From assembly GCF_006345805.1 (NCBI RefSeq), contig NW_021832375.1, forward strand, positions 274,117-338,116: 64,000 nt of DNA. The letters run 5' to 3'. Below, piece by piece: positions 26,875 through 40,855 of the stretch. Both the position numbers and the translations under genes were made by a program. Position 1 is the first letter of the stretch. The number at the start of each line of letters is the position of its first letter. This stretch comes from Octopus sinensis (Eukaryota). Under the pieces are notes generated by a model. It did not search any database. It was given only the letters and a program-made list of their open reading frames with translations, and was not told the DNA's origin.

Positions 26875-27600
26875 GGAAAGAAAAGAGAGAGAGAGAGAAA
26901 GAAAGAGAGAAAGAAAGAGAGATAGAAAGAGAGATAGAAAGGTAGAGAAAAAAGAGTACGTAAAGGAAAACTAAAAGAGTGAAAGAAAGAAAGAAAAACA
27001 CAGAAACAAAGGAAGAAAGAAAGAAAGAGGAAAGAATAGTAGAAAGAAGAAAAGAAAGGAAGTATGAAATGAGGAAGGAAATAAAACAAAGAAAGAAGAG
27101 AAAGAAAGAAGGAAATAAAGAAAGAGTGGAAAAAAGAAAGGAAGAATAAACAAACGGCGAAGTTATTTTGCGAAGGAGAAAATAAGATTGATAACAAATG
27201 AGACAGAGAATGAAAGAAAGAAAGAGATAAGAAAGAAGGAAAGGAAGAAGGGAGAAAGTAAAGAAGGAAAGAAAGAAAGAAAGAGAGAAAGAATAAAAGA
27301 AAGAAAGAAAGGAGGAGATAAGAAAGAAGGAAATAAAGAAAAACTGACAGAAAGACAGAAAGAAGGAAGAAAGAACAAAAGAAACAGAGATAGAAAGATA
27401 GAAGATGGAAAATAGAAAAAAGAAAGAAAGAAGGAAGGAAAGAAGGACTGAAAAAAGGCAGATAAACTGAAAGAAAGAAAGAATGAAGAAAGAAAGCAAG
27501 TTATATTGAAAGATAGAAGGAAGAAAAGAGAAAAAAGAATGAATGAATAAAAGAAAAAAAGGAAGGAAAAAAGGAATGAACGAGATTGAAAGAAATAGGA
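26875..27600. repeat. ~730-bp degenerate (GAAA/GAAG)n polypurine tract
   Basis: Plus strand almost exclusively A/G. Confidence 0.9.
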
Positions 27601-27865
27601 CGTGATGATGGAATAAAGAGAAGGATGAGAGGGAAGAGATTATCCCAGACGGGGCAAAGATAATTCCTCTTCTGACACCCCGTTCTTCTTTTCAACTGAA
27701 TTACTTTCGGTTGGGTTAAATCGAATCTGTGTCTCTGCGAAGACTTCAGAAAACTGCCAAATATGATTGAATGGAAATAAGAGATCGAACTGATTATAAA
27801 AGGCAAATAAGTTTAGGGAAGAGGAAACTATTGTTTTATTTAAATCTTATATTTTTTACTGGTTT

Positions 27866-28190
27866 CAGTAATTCGACTGCGGCCATGCTGGGGCACCGTT
27901 TTGATGAATTACACCTCTAGATTTTTCTTTTATCATTTATGCATACTACTTCTAGTAACGGTGTCTTTTGCCAAACGGCTATGCCACAAGGACGTAAACA
28001 GAGAAACACTGGTTGTCAAGCGGGGTGGCTTCTCAAACGCAAACACAAAGACACACGTGCACAAACATACAAGCACAAACACATAAGTATGTATGTATAT
28101 ATGTATACGACGGGCTTTTTTCCGTTTCCATCTACCAAATACACTCACGATATTCTGATGGGGCAGAGGTTATAGTAGAAGGGCATCTTT
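27866..28190 (-). mobile_element. SINE family A, diverged
   Basis: Reverse complement of the body and tail of family A. Other partial copies at 9830-10075, 24737-24887, 34540-34750, 47810-48040 and 48871-49020. Confidence 0.75.
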
Positions 28191-28619
28191 TGAAGCTGTT
28201 TATTTAATTGCAAGAGATAAAAGAAACCCCAAACAACATCGGCGAAGAACTTGTATTAGCAGCAGCAATGAAAACATCAATAATTATTCATTGAAATAAC
28301 ATGCAGATGAAGCAAGTTAGTCTGCGAAATGATAATGTTGGTATTTATATTTCAGAAATGAATAATGATTAATTGGAGTAAATTATGCGAAGGTTTTTAA
28401 ACAACGTCTCTAAACATGCAATTCAATTAGATGAAGCAAGTAAAATTACAAACTATAGTAATATAGAATAGGGTCCAGGAAGATTGGTTCGTTAGATGGA
28501 GACTTTGTAGCTAAAAGTAGACGATAGAACTAGGCCTTGGATGGTATAAATGTAATGTAGTATGTAATAAAGATGCAGAAGCTATGATAAGGAGGGAAAT
28601 TGGGGTTCAAGTTAAATTT

Positions 28620-29040
28620 GTAAGATAAAAACCCTATTTCTGTCACTTATTGCAGTCTTCACTGAGAGGTGTTGGTTTCTCAGAAAATATTTCCAGATAC
28701 TTTTGCAATATTACAAGAAGCGGTTAAAATTATTAACGTTATTAAAATTCTTGTTCTCAATAGTTTGACGAAATGGCATCCAATTTCTGCAAAGTTTTAT
28801 GAAGAACAGAAGTGTGATGAATCTGAAATGGAGAAGATTTGAAACAATTGTTTGAACTTTAAGAAAATGAAGACATAATATTCCTGCTGGGATTAAATTC
28901 AGATTTGTTCCACAATGAAGATTCGTTATACAAATTATTCTATTTGTCAGACATTTTTGGACAACTTAATAAACGTAATATGTCTGTACAAAAGGGAAAA
29001 CACTGAAATTTCTTATTTAAATAAAAGATTCAAGAAAAAT
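28620..29040 (+). pseudogene. degenerate hAT (Charlie/ZBED5-like) transposase fragment
   Basis: ILQEAVKIINVIK and LFYLSDIFGQLNKRNMSVQ resemble the VKIVNFIK and LAYLADIFSKLNELN.SLQ motifs. Confidence 0.6.
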
Positions 29041-29764
29041 GAAACACATGGTTGATCGTAAAGACGGATACCACTTCCCCGCAGCTGAATTTCGTCGAGA
29101 TACCTGTGCATCTGTCTCAATCTTCCACCACCGACCAGATATTTCTGCCATCGACCTACACGCTGTTAACAATGGGAACCGGCTACTTTCTCTGTCATTG
29201 TCGGTCTTAGGTCAGGTGAGGAGGATTCTGATGGTTGGGTAGGGCTGCAACATAACCCTCAGAGAGAAAGAAAGAAAGAATTAGAGAATGAGAGAGAGAG
29301 AGAGAGAAATGTTAGTGAGGAAAAGAGACGACTCAGATGGTGCTTGGATTTGACGGTAATGTCCCACCGACACGCACAGATGCGGGAGAGGACATCCGAG
29401 AAGCTTTCCGACTGGAACAGCGATTTCCAGCAGAAGACCCGTCCTGGGAAGGCAGCCATTCTCACAGATGTGTGCGACGCACCGAATTTGTTTCCTCATA
29501 ACTCCCCGACAAACAGACATTATTTAATTAAATTTTCTGTAAATACGCTTCAGATGGTGATCATTCTGATTATATCGGAATTTGTAGCGGAAAGATGAGT
29601 TTCGTAAAATTCACACGAATTGTCTGTGTTTGCTCAGAACTTTAACAAAAATCGGATATTTTCTAAGGTAATTTTCTACAAATACGTTACAGTGTGTGTA
29701 AAATGCGATTGTATTGGAATTTAATGTGGAAAGTAAAAATAAGAAGCACACACACACACACACA

Positions 29765-29816
<52 letters not shown>

Positions 29817-30199
29817 ACGCACATCACAATTTTCTTTTGTCGATATGTGACCTGTTGTTCTCTGTATCTGTAATAATACACCAAATTAATTTTCTCATAT
29901 TCATTTCCGATATAATTGTAATTGACACACTCTGAAAGGCATTTATAGAAAATTCCATTAAAAATTTACTAATTTTCTGAAAGTTGTGAAAAAAGCCAGA
30001 CGCCTTGTGTGAATTTTCCAAAACTCCCCACATCGAAGAAGGAAAAATGTTTTCATCAAATATTTCGATATAATCGCAATTTACAGCATCAGAAGCTCAG
30101 TTTTAGAAAATATAATTTAAAATCTCCATTTTCTGGAAGCTCTGAGGCAGGAAATTCGGGTGTCAAACATCTGAAGCAATACCGAAAGGCATTTAATAT

Positions 30200-30470
30200 C
30201 TTCACACTGAACTCCTTCATAACCGTCGAGATGCGTCAATTTCCGTCGATTTCCGTTCTCGTAGCTGTTTCCCCGCAACACAGCTCCGTCACACATCCAT
30301 GGGACCGGCCTGCGATGAGTAAAAACAGTGTGTCGAGATGTTTCGGTGGTAGAGGCGTCGTCACTATGAGCTGAATTGTTCTCCGTTAGATGGCATTCAC
30401 TTGTTTCCTGTTCTATTCTCATCACTTCCGGTCTGATCCCTTTCCTTCTCGAAGTTTACTTTCACATTTT
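30200..30470 (-). promoter_or_regulatory. CpG-rich putative promoter or first exon with an ETS-type CCGGAAGT motif
   Basis: Local CpG excess; ACTTCCGG at ~30423-30430. No transcript evidence. Confidence 0.25.
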
Positions 30471-31399
30471 TGCAGCTTAAAATAGGACGACAACCAGTGC
30501 ACGGTTGCACTAAACTGCACTTTCTTTGCATATTCTTGCTCCCTTCTCTTTGTAGTGGACAGTCAATGGCTAATCTTTGCAGTTATCTGACCAAATGCCA
30601 ATTATAAAATAGAAACTATTAGATTTAGGCAAATGTCCGTGCGTCGTGTTAAAATAATGATTGTTTTATGCAAGAATTTATTCAAAAGCAACAAATATTC
30701 TTCAAAATAAAGACCAAACGCACGAACTTTTTCCTCAACTTAATAAATAAATTTTGAAGCAATTAAAGAAATCAGAGGTTTCATTTAGTATCCGATGTTT
30801 GGCTGCTATTTCTAGCAGCTGCATCCACAATAGGTGCAGGGTGCAGTGTGAAGATTACGAGGAGGAAATTAAGGGCTAAGAATTGCAATATTAAACCCTT
30901 CGATCTATTATTTACATTCAATCATTTTTGGAAATCTTCAAATTCTGCGCAAGAAAAAAATACAATTTAAAGCGAAAAGGGATGCAATAAGAGTTATTGT
31001 TCTTACCCTTTCAACGTTGACTCCTCCCACCACTTTGCATAATGTAGACTGACTCCGCCTATTTTGCTTTCTTTATTAACTCATACCCTTCCCCTATTAC
31101 TAAATATATATCGTCCAATAAGCGCGCTCTCACTCTTTGTCTCTTTCTCTTCGCCTCCCTCGCCCACCTCCTCATATATTACCCAATGCTTCCCCCTCCC
31201 TTGCTTTTACTCTTAATTCCCTCTGTCTGTACCTCACTGAACCTTTAATGCATTTTCATACTCTTTCTCTCCCCCCTACAAAACATATCCTCCCACTTCT
31301 CCCTCTCTGTCTCCTTTCTCTCAGAACCTCATTATATATTCATTTCAATCACCGCCCACCTCCCTTGCAAAAGCGTTCACCTCTTCCTCTCCCTCACTA

Positions 31400-31810
31400 A
31401 CTGTCTCTCTCTCTCTCTCTCACGCATTCTGTCTCTCTCTCTCTCTCCCACTCTCATTCTTTCTCTGCTTCCTCATACATTAATATATCCCTCCCCTTCG
31501 CTAGGCTTTCTCTCTCTCACTCTTTCTTCCTTTCTTTCTCTCTCTCTCTCTCCCACTCTCATTCTTTCTCTGCTTCCTCATACATGAATATATCCCTCCC
31601 CTTCCCTAGGCTTTCTCTCAATCACTCTTTCTTCCTTTCTATCTCTCTCTCTCTCTCTCTCACGCATTCTTTCTCTCTCTCTCTCTCACGCATTCTGTCT
31701 CTCTCTCTCTCTCCCACTCTCGTTCTTTCTCTGCTTCCTCATACATTAATATATCCCTCCCCTTCCCTAGGCTTTCTCTCTCTCACTCTTTCTTCCTTTC
31801 TTTCTCTCTC
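31400..31810. repeat. CT-rich minisatellite, about three degenerate units
   Basis: TCTCTGCTTCCTCATACA...CCCTCCCCTTC.CTAGGCTTTCTCTC recurs three times. Confidence 0.8.
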
Positions 31811-32082
31811 TATCTCCCCCACCTCCTTATATCTTACCCTCTCCCTCTTCCTCTCCTTTTATCCCTAAGAAACCTTACTTTCTTACAAATAAATTATATT
31901 TTCAGATTTACCTTCAAATTTCTCTCTCGCTAATTATTTTACCAGAAGCTAATTATTTAACTAACCATTAATTACATAATTACTGTGTAGTTCTTAATTG
32001 AGCAAATTAAATAGCCGAGACATTGACGGACAATTTAAGAAGCATTTATTCAAAGAATCCTCCTACACCTGGTTTGACATCA

Positions 32083-33318
32083 TGCTAGAAATAACAGCCC
32101 ACTACACTCAAAGTTGCTTTGTTTTTCATACGAAATTGAAAGACAATTTAAGAAGCATTTATAAAACTTTTTCCCGGATCTGGTCAGACTTCTTCCTCGA
32201 AAGAGAAACCAAGTGAAGAAGCGTCTATAAAACGTATTGGTGGTCTGGTATCTTGCTAGAAATAACAGCCCACTACACTCAAAGTTGCTTTGTTTTTCAT
32301 ACGAAATTGAAAGACAATTTAAGAAGCATTTATAAAACTTTTTCCCGGATCTGGTCAGACTTCTTCCTCGAATGAGAAACCAAGTGAAGAAGCGTCTATA
32401 AAACGTATTGGTGGTCTGTTATCGTGCTAGAAATAACAGCCCACTACACTCAAAGTTGCTTTGTTTTTCATACGAAATTGAAAGACAATTTAAGAAGCAT
32501 TTATAAAACTTTTTCCCGGATCTGGTCCGACTTCTTCCTCGAAAGAGAAACCAAGTGAAGAAGCGTCTATAAAACGTATTGGTGGTCTGGTATCTTGCTA
32601 GAAATAACAGCCCACTACACTCAAAGTTGCTTTGTTTTTCATACGAAATTGAAAGACAATTTAAGAAGCATTTATAAAACTTTTTCCCGGATCTGGTCAG
32701 ACTTCTTCCTCGAATGAGAAACCAAGTGAAGAAGCGTCTATAAAACGTATTGGTGGTCTGTTATCGTGCTAGAAATAACAGCCCACTACACTCAAAGTTG
32801 CTTTGTTTTTCATACGAAATTGAAAGACAATTTAAGAAGCATTTATAAAACTTTTTCCCGGATCTGGTCAGACTTCTTCCTCGAATGAGAAACCAAGTGA
32901 AGAAGCGTCTATAAATGTATTGGTGGTCTGTTATCTTGCTAGAAATAACAAGCCACTACACTCAAAGTTGCTTTGTTTTTCATACGAAATTGAAAGACAA
33001 TTTAAGAAGCATTTATAAAACTTTTTCCCGGATCTGGTCAGACTTCTTCCTCGAATGAGAAACCAAGTGAAGAAGCGTCTATAAATGTATTGGTGGTCTG
33101 TTATCTTGCTAGAAATAACAAGCCACTACACTCAAAGTTGCTTTGTTTTTCATACGAAATTGAAAGACAATTTAAGAAGCATTTATAAAACTTTTTCCCG
33201 GATCTGGTCAGACTTCTTCCTCGAATGAGAAACCAAGTGAAGAAGCGTCTATAAATGTATTGGTGGTCTGTTATCTTGCTAGAAATAACAAGCCACTACA
33301 CTCAAAGTTGCTTTGTTT
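32083..33318. repeat. 171/170-bp tandem satellite, 7.2 units
   Basis: TGCTAGAAATAAC starts at 32083, 32254, 32425, 32596, 32767, 32937, 33107 and 33277. Confidence 0.95.
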
Positions 33319-33491
33319 AACATGTATGTGTGTGTGATAGAGTGTGTGTGTGCCTGTGTGTGTATGTGCGTCTGTGTGTGTGTTTATGTGTCTATGTGTG
33401 TCTGTATGCACGTATGTGTCTGCATGTATGTGTATAGAGCATGTATCTACCAATACCTCTGAATATATGCACGCAGTGTCAATATGTATGT

Positions 33492-33552
<61 letters not shown>

Positions 33553-33563
33553 ATTATATATAC

Positions 33564-33631
<68 letters not shown>

Positions 33632-34148
33632 GCATGTGTTTGTGTCTGTATGTGCGTTACAAATGCTTTTCCACGAAAAGAAATTAAGGAAAAGAAAATG
33701 GGTCAAATGACGGAGCGATTGTGATGACGTTGGTGATATAGTAATATGAGACGCAGACATGAAGGAATGTTTAGAAGTGTTTTGGCATGGGAGTTATTCT
33801 TTACAGAGAGCAGGCAAGCGGTAGTTGGCTGACATATACACACCCTCTGTGACATACAAATATGTACATAGACACTACATTGTACATGCACACGGCGACA
33901 TACACACTACGACATATAGATATACATGATATCAAACACGAACACATACACACACACATAAACACACGCATTCTTATATGAGGAGATGACGTTGAATATT
34001 TTTAAATTGCAGTTGCTCTTAAAGTTAACGGAGCTGACCAAGCGTTCCTGTGACAAACACATTAAACTAAAACTAAAACTCAACGATCAACTTTGCTGGT
34101 AAATATTTCATTTTTGTTTATATTTTTAAGTAATTATTCTAATTAAAA
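33318..34148 (+). repeat. local segmental duplication, copy 1 (copy 2 at 40566-41668)
   Basis: Unique sequence is near-identical between copies apart from microsatellite length and a 243-bp insertion in copy 2. Confidence 0.9.
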
Positions 34149-34429
34149 CATGGTTTAATAATTCATTAACATCGTTAAATATCCACGAGAACTAGTTCAA
34201 ACACTATATACACAAATATAGGGATACACATATATCCGCATATATGAAAATGGAGTCATAACCCTGAAATATTGAGTACAAGATTATTCTACATTGATGC
34301 ACATATTTGTTTTCTTGCGACTTACCTTGCATTTACTTCGCATTGTTTTGGTTTTACACACGATCACGTATACGAAATATATAAGAGAGAGATAATTTTC
34401 TTTGAAAATAAATATACATACATACATAA

Positions 34430-34518
<89 letters not shown>

Positions 34519-34757
34519 GTATATGTATGTGTGTATATGTTTGTGTGTCTGTGTTTGTCCACCTAGCATTGTTTGACAACTGATGCTGGTGTGTTTACAT
34601 ACCCCTAACTTAGCGGTTCGGCAACAGATACCGATAGAATAAGTACTGGGCTTACAAAGAATAACTCACTGGGTCGATTTGCTCGACTAAAGGTGGTGCT
34701 CTAGAATGGCCGTAGTCAAATGACAGAAACAATTGAATGAGTAAAGAGTAAGAGTAT

Positions 34758-34772
34758 AAATACATACATACA

Positions 34773-34804
<32 letters not shown>

Positions 34805-35570
34805 GATATACAGACATACATACGGAAATATATACATACATAAATATATCCATACATACATACATACATATAGATATACGGAATACATTCATACATACAG
34901 ATGTACATACATACATACATACACACATACATACATACATACATACATACATACATACATACATACATACATACATACATACATACATACATAGAGATAT
35001 ACATACATACATACATATAGATATACATACATACAGATATATATACATACATACATACATACAGATATACGTACATACATAGACACATACATACACACAA
35101 AAAGATATACAGACATACATTCATACATACATTCATATAGATATACATACATACATACATACATTCGGATACACACACATACATTAATAAATACATACAT
35201 ACATACACACCTACACACATACGTACATTCATACATACAGATATACATACCTACAGATATACATACAGATATACACACATACATACATACATACATACAT
35301 ACAAATATACACACATACATACATACACACACATACATACATACATACAAACACACATACATACATACACATACATACATACATATATACATACACACAT
35401 ACATGCTTACATACATACATACACACATACATGCATACATACATACATACATACATTCATAATTACATACATACATATATACACACAAACACATACATAC
35501 ATACACACATACACACATACACACATACGTACATTCATACATACATACATACATGCACACATACATACAT
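34758..35570. repeat. long degenerate (TACA)n tract
   Basis: Direct reading; source of the spurious MYVC-type ORFs. Confidence 0.95.
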
Positions 35571-35572
35571 AC

Positions 35573-35754
35573 AGGCGCAGGAGTGGCGGTGTGGTAAGTA
35601 GTTTGCTTAACAACCACATGGTTCGGGTTCAGTCCCACTGCGTGGCATCTAGGGCAAGTGTCTTTTGTTATAGCCCCGGGCCGACCAATGACTTGTGAGT
35701 GGATTTGGTAGACGGAAACTGAAAGAAGCCTGTCGTATATATGTGTATATATAT

Positions 35755-35826
<72 letters not shown>

Positions 35827-35870
35827 CATATGTTGTGTGTCTGTGTTTGTCACCCTAGCATTGCTTGACA
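35573..35870 (+). mobile_element. SINE family A, 3'-truncated
   Basis: GGCGCAGGAGTGGCGGTGTGGTAAG head. Confidence 0.85.
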
Positions 35871-35889
35871 ACATACATACATACATACA

Positions 35890-35925
<36 letters not shown>

Positions 35926-36639
35926 CATACATATATACAGAAGTTTTAATTGCGTCATTCTGTCTATTTCCATGGCAACAAAGTTGCATGTTTCTCAGCC
36001 AATCAATTTTCATTTTTTTTGTCTAAATCCCTTTTCAAAAGTAAAACGGCCAATCAGAATCTGAAATACTCGTGCAGTTTTGCATGCTCAAGATGAAAAT
36101 CTAGTTTACATTTTCTATGAATTTCAAGCAATTAAATTTCAGATATTTTAGCCAATTAGAAACTCGATTTCCGATCTTGTTTGCCTTCAACCGTCGAGCT
36201 GACGAAATTGTTTGGACACCTAGAAAAATGCTTAGCGGCATTTTGTCCGTTTCAGAGTTCTGTCTTGAAATTCCGCCTAGGTTGAATATGCCTTTCATTG
36301 TTTTTGGTGTCACCAAATTAAGTACCAGTTCAATAATGAGATCGATGTAGTAGAATTAACCACTGCCCCAAATTTCTTGACTAGTGCCAAATCTTGAAAG
36401 CAATAACAATAGGCACAAGGCCTGAAATTTTGGGGGCATGGGTCCTTCGATTACTTCGACGCCACAACTTGACTGGTACTTAATGTATCATCCTCGAAAG
36501 GATGAAGAGCAACGTTGACCCTGGCGGTATTTGAAGGCAAAACTTTGAGACGGACGAAATGCCGCTAAGCACTTTTGCCTGGTGTCCTAACGTTTCTGCC
36601 AGCTGGCAGCCGTAGTAGAAAGAACTATTCCTGAGAAAG

Positions 36640-37702
36640 GGGAGAAGACAATAGAAATCGTCACGAAGGGCCACTAGAAAGTCGGTTTTACGATGATCCT
36701 GGCTTGCACGGCTGATAGGGGAAAGCTGCTACCGTAGGTAATTTTTAAGAGGAAGATACTATCCAAAGACGCCAAGTTTCAGGAAGGGGATCATTGTTGA
36801 AGCCTACGCGAAAGCTTGGATGGGCTAGGCACTCATCGAGGACTGGTTTCGTGTAGTGTGGGTTCGGCGCATCAGTGGACTGCATCAGAGAAGGAGTCTC
36901 CTGGTCCTGGACGCATTCAGATGCCACAAGTCAGAAGAAACCAAGGTGAAGATACGTCGTCTGAACATCGACGTAACAATGATTACCGGGGGAATGACAT
37001 CCTTTCTTCAAACCCTTGATGTTGCAATCAGCGAACCGTATAAGTACCGTCTGAAACACCGCTGGGAGTATTGGATGGCCAACGACCGGGCGTCCGAAGA
37101 AAGACTTGGGGACGATCTGCAAATGGATCCTGCTAGTGGAGGAAATTCCAGACGATCTGCTCGTGGAGGAGATTCCAGAAAAATGGGCTTTCCTGAAGTG
37201 TTGCATCTCCAATGCGCTCGACGGGAAGATGACATGTTATGGGAAGGCGAAGCTCTCTCTACCGACTCTTCTGACTCCAGCGATGACGAGGATGAACTGG
37301 CAGACGATCAACCCCACGAGGTCTGACGACGAAGAGTTCTTAGACTTTGAGTGAAGTCTCTACCCATTAGGGTCGGTCCTTTTCAGGACCACCCATTTTC
37401 AAGAAAGAATATAAAGATCGCAATATGAATAAATCATAATAAATACACATAATAAAAAGACGTTCTCTTATTATCTCTTACATTTAAAACTGGACTTTAT
37501 CTTCTTCCATTAATAATTATGAGTATCAATGATTGCAGTCGGAAATGTTTGTTAAGTATGAAATCATCATGAAATTGAAGTTTCTATTCATCTCGCATTT
37601 CTCTATTTTCATAAGTCCCAGTTATCTCCCGGTTTCCCCACGTTTTCTCCAGTCGGGGACTGAAAATCGTGAGTGAGGCTTATACACTGGCAATTACGGT
37701 AC
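36640..37702 (+). mobile_element. pogo-family (DDE_1) DNA transposon, 3' part, decayed
   Basis: FTMILACTAD.GK.LP..IFKRK, SLLVLDAFRCH and GGMTSFLQTLDVAI motifs; acidic tail; terminal TTATACAC...TACGGTA. Confidence 0.85.
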
Positions 37703-38604
37703 TTATACACAAGAATTTAAGAATAAAAAATAACAGTGAACTGCAAAGATTTATTCATGCGTTTCGTTAAATATGTCTGCCCGACTCAACTTGTGGAAAA
37801 AAAACCGTATTTTATTGTTCATCAGCTCAACATTTCTAACAAACAAACACATGTCTGAATAGGGGATCTTGCATGCATGAAGTGGATTCGATCCACCATA
37901 ACTCAATTTAAACTAACGGTGCAACAGATCTTTCCACACAGTAGAACAATGGTTTTTCTGTGACAGCAGTTTTACATTTTCCAGATGCCTTTAGCTAGTC
38001 CGAAATAATGTCTTCATCACTTGACCCTTTCTAACCTATTCTACATCACCAAAAGCTAGAATATGGATAACAAGAGCACCAACTAAATCTATTGTTCTCA
38101 ATGATATATCTATCCTTCTGGATAAACGCAAGGATACCCCATGCAAAAATCAGTCGGTGACGACGCAACTCGTCCAGTCATATGGTGACGTCTCAATCAG
38201 TTAGTCACTTTGGTGACAACGAAGTCTGGCTGACCACCTAGAACCTTGGTCAGAGCGAGAAATGAAGTTTACTGTCAGCAACTGTGAGACAACACGCTAC
38301 AACTCCCACTAGCTCTAATTCTGTTTTCTTACAACATCATTCTATCTCTCTCGGTAATTACTACTAAACAATGAAGAGGACACAAGCACAAACTTTATAT
38401 CGCATGCTTTTGGATTTATTATAACCTGTTCGTCGAGGCAAGGTATTGTAACGTAAAGGTAAATAAATATTTCCTTCAAATTTCATGCATTGTTCATCTT
38501 TCACATCCTACAGTATGCAATTATATATAATTTTTATCGTTACAACTGCTAACTCCGACATAAAATAATATTGTTTACTAATCGATTTCCTCCAGCTACA
38601 TATA

Positions 38605-40567
38605 TATTTAGTTCCCGTTAGGCTTCCCAAGAAGAAGAAACACAAGCCCTGGCTGACGAAGAAGGTTAAACGAGAACTTCGACTCAGAGATATTGCTTGG
38701 GCTGAATTCAAAAATCTGGATTCGACTGCAGCTTTTAAGGTGTACAAACTCAACGTGACCGAGCCGTGAAAATTGAAAAGGAAGAACGCTTCAGATATGA
38801 ATACAGAATCGCGGCAAATGCCAGTAGCAATCCAAAAACCTTCTTTGCCCATGTCCAACGGAATTCCCGCTTGAACAACCAAATTGCAACGTTGGTAGAC
38901 TCAACAGGCGTATCGATTGAGGACCCTTATCAACAGAGTCAATTATTTGCCGAGGCTTTTTCAACTATTTTCAAACAAGATGATGGTCGTGAACCCCCTC
39001 CATTTGATAGATCGCTACCTCCAATGCTTCGATTGGTCATTACGCGGGACGATGTCGAACGCGTTATTCAAGCCCTCGATGTCAACAAGGGTCACGGCCC
39101 TGATGGCATACACCCACGGGTTATCAAAGCGTTGGCTCCGGTCATCTGTGAGCCCTTAACACGTCTATTCAATATGTTATTGGCGACGGGTGTTATACCT
39201 GCGGACTGGAGAACAGCTATAATCTGGCCAATTTTCAAGAAAGGGAGCCGCGAAGACCCGCTTAACTACCGACCGGTTTCCCTTACATCAATAATCAGCA
39301 AGATGTTCGAAACCATCCTTAAGAAAAGTATGATGCTCCACCTCCAAAACACAGTCTCTATCTCTGATTCCCAACACGGCTTCGTGCCGAAAAGATCATG
39401 CTTGACCAGCTTACTGGTAATGGAAGAATTGGTGACACGCATCCTCGATGATAGTGATGCTGTTGACATCGTTTTATTGGACTTTGCCAAAGCTTTTGAC
39501 TCGGTAAACCACCGCCTATTACTTGTCAAGCTTCAAGCATATAGTTTCCATCCGGATATTGTACGATGGGTTGGTGCCTTCCTCTCAGATCGCTCCTTCC
39601 AAGTCCAAGTTAATGGTTCGCGGTCCGACGTCTCCAGTGCGAGCAGTGGCTTGCCTCAAGGTTCAGTGCTTGGGCCCTTATTGTTCTTAGTCTTCATAAA
39701 TGACTTGCCCTTCTATTTGCCGACGATGTCAAACTGGTCGCTCCTCGCGGTGATATAGAAGATCTTCGTCGATGCCTCCACCAAACTTGGAGATGGTCTA
39801 ACGAATGGGACCTGTGTCTGAACGTGTCAAAGTGCTGTCATCTGCCTGTTGGCTCTCCTACTGCAACTCAACTTGATTTCGAGCCGGGTCGTCTGCTGCT
39901 GGAGATGACCTATCAGGTAAAGGACCTGGGTATCTTGGTGGATTCCTCCTTTTCGCCTTCGGCCCAGTGCGTCTATGCTGCCAACAAAGCACGCGGAGTT
40001 CTGTTCTTGATTCGACGGTCATTCGGAATGCTCACAGCAGCCATATTCCTACCGCTCTATGTCACGCTGGTGAGACCCATATTGGAGTACGGGATTCAAG
40101 CCTCTTCTCCTTATCTCCTCAGAAGCTGGCTACCCGCATGGTTCTTGGTCTCAAGAATTTGTCTTATGAAGAAAGGCTGAAGACGCTCGACCTTTATTCT
40201 CTAGAAAAACGACGACGCCGTGGTGATCTCATTCTTGCCCACAACATCATAAGCGGAAAGTGCAACCTCTCGAAAGAGCTGTTCTTCACTCCTGCTCCAG
40301 AGCGTCGGTGCAGGGTCACTCCAAAAAGCTCTATCTGCGACGATTTCATCTCAATCGAAGGAGAGGGGCTTTCTCCGTCCGGGTTGCGGATCCGTGGAAT
40401 AAGCTGCAAGACGAGATGGTGAAGATGCCGACGACCGTTCGGTTCAAAGTGTCCCTTGACTACAAGTGGCCTGAACTCTTTACATGAACACCACCCTGTA
40501 CATAACTCCCTGTCCTCCTACATGGCCTTGATTTTTGCTTTTTGAGCCAAAAAATTAACTAACTAAC
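38605..40567 (+). mobile_element. CR1-clade LINE, 5'-truncated, frameshifted RT
   Basis: GPDGIHP, PIFKKG...NYRPVSLTS, QHGF, LDFAKAFDSVNH, PQGSVLGPLLF; the FADD motif is shifted by a deletion; (AACT)n 3' tail. Confidence 0.9.
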
Positions 40568-40737
40568 ATGTATGTGTGTGTGATAGAGTGTGTGTGTGCC
40601 TGTGTGTGTATGTGCGTCTGTGTGTGTGTTTATGTGTCTATGTGTGTCTGTATGCACGTATGTGTCTGCATGTATGTGTATAGAGCATGTATCTACCAAT
40701 ACCTCTGAATATATGCACGCAGTGTCAATATGTATGT

Positions 40738-40790
<53 letters not shown>

Positions 40791-40802
40791 TATATATACA
40801 TA

Positions 40803-40833
<31 letters not shown>

Positions 40834-40855
40834 ATATATATATAATATATATATA

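Noticed and set aside
32083-33318. Regularly spaced repeats as a CRISPR array
   Set aside because: The units are contiguous with no unique spacers, and the context is eukaryotic.
37755-37830. CTGATGA...GAAAC on the minus strand
   Set aside because: No stem I or II and no conserved U before the cleavage site.
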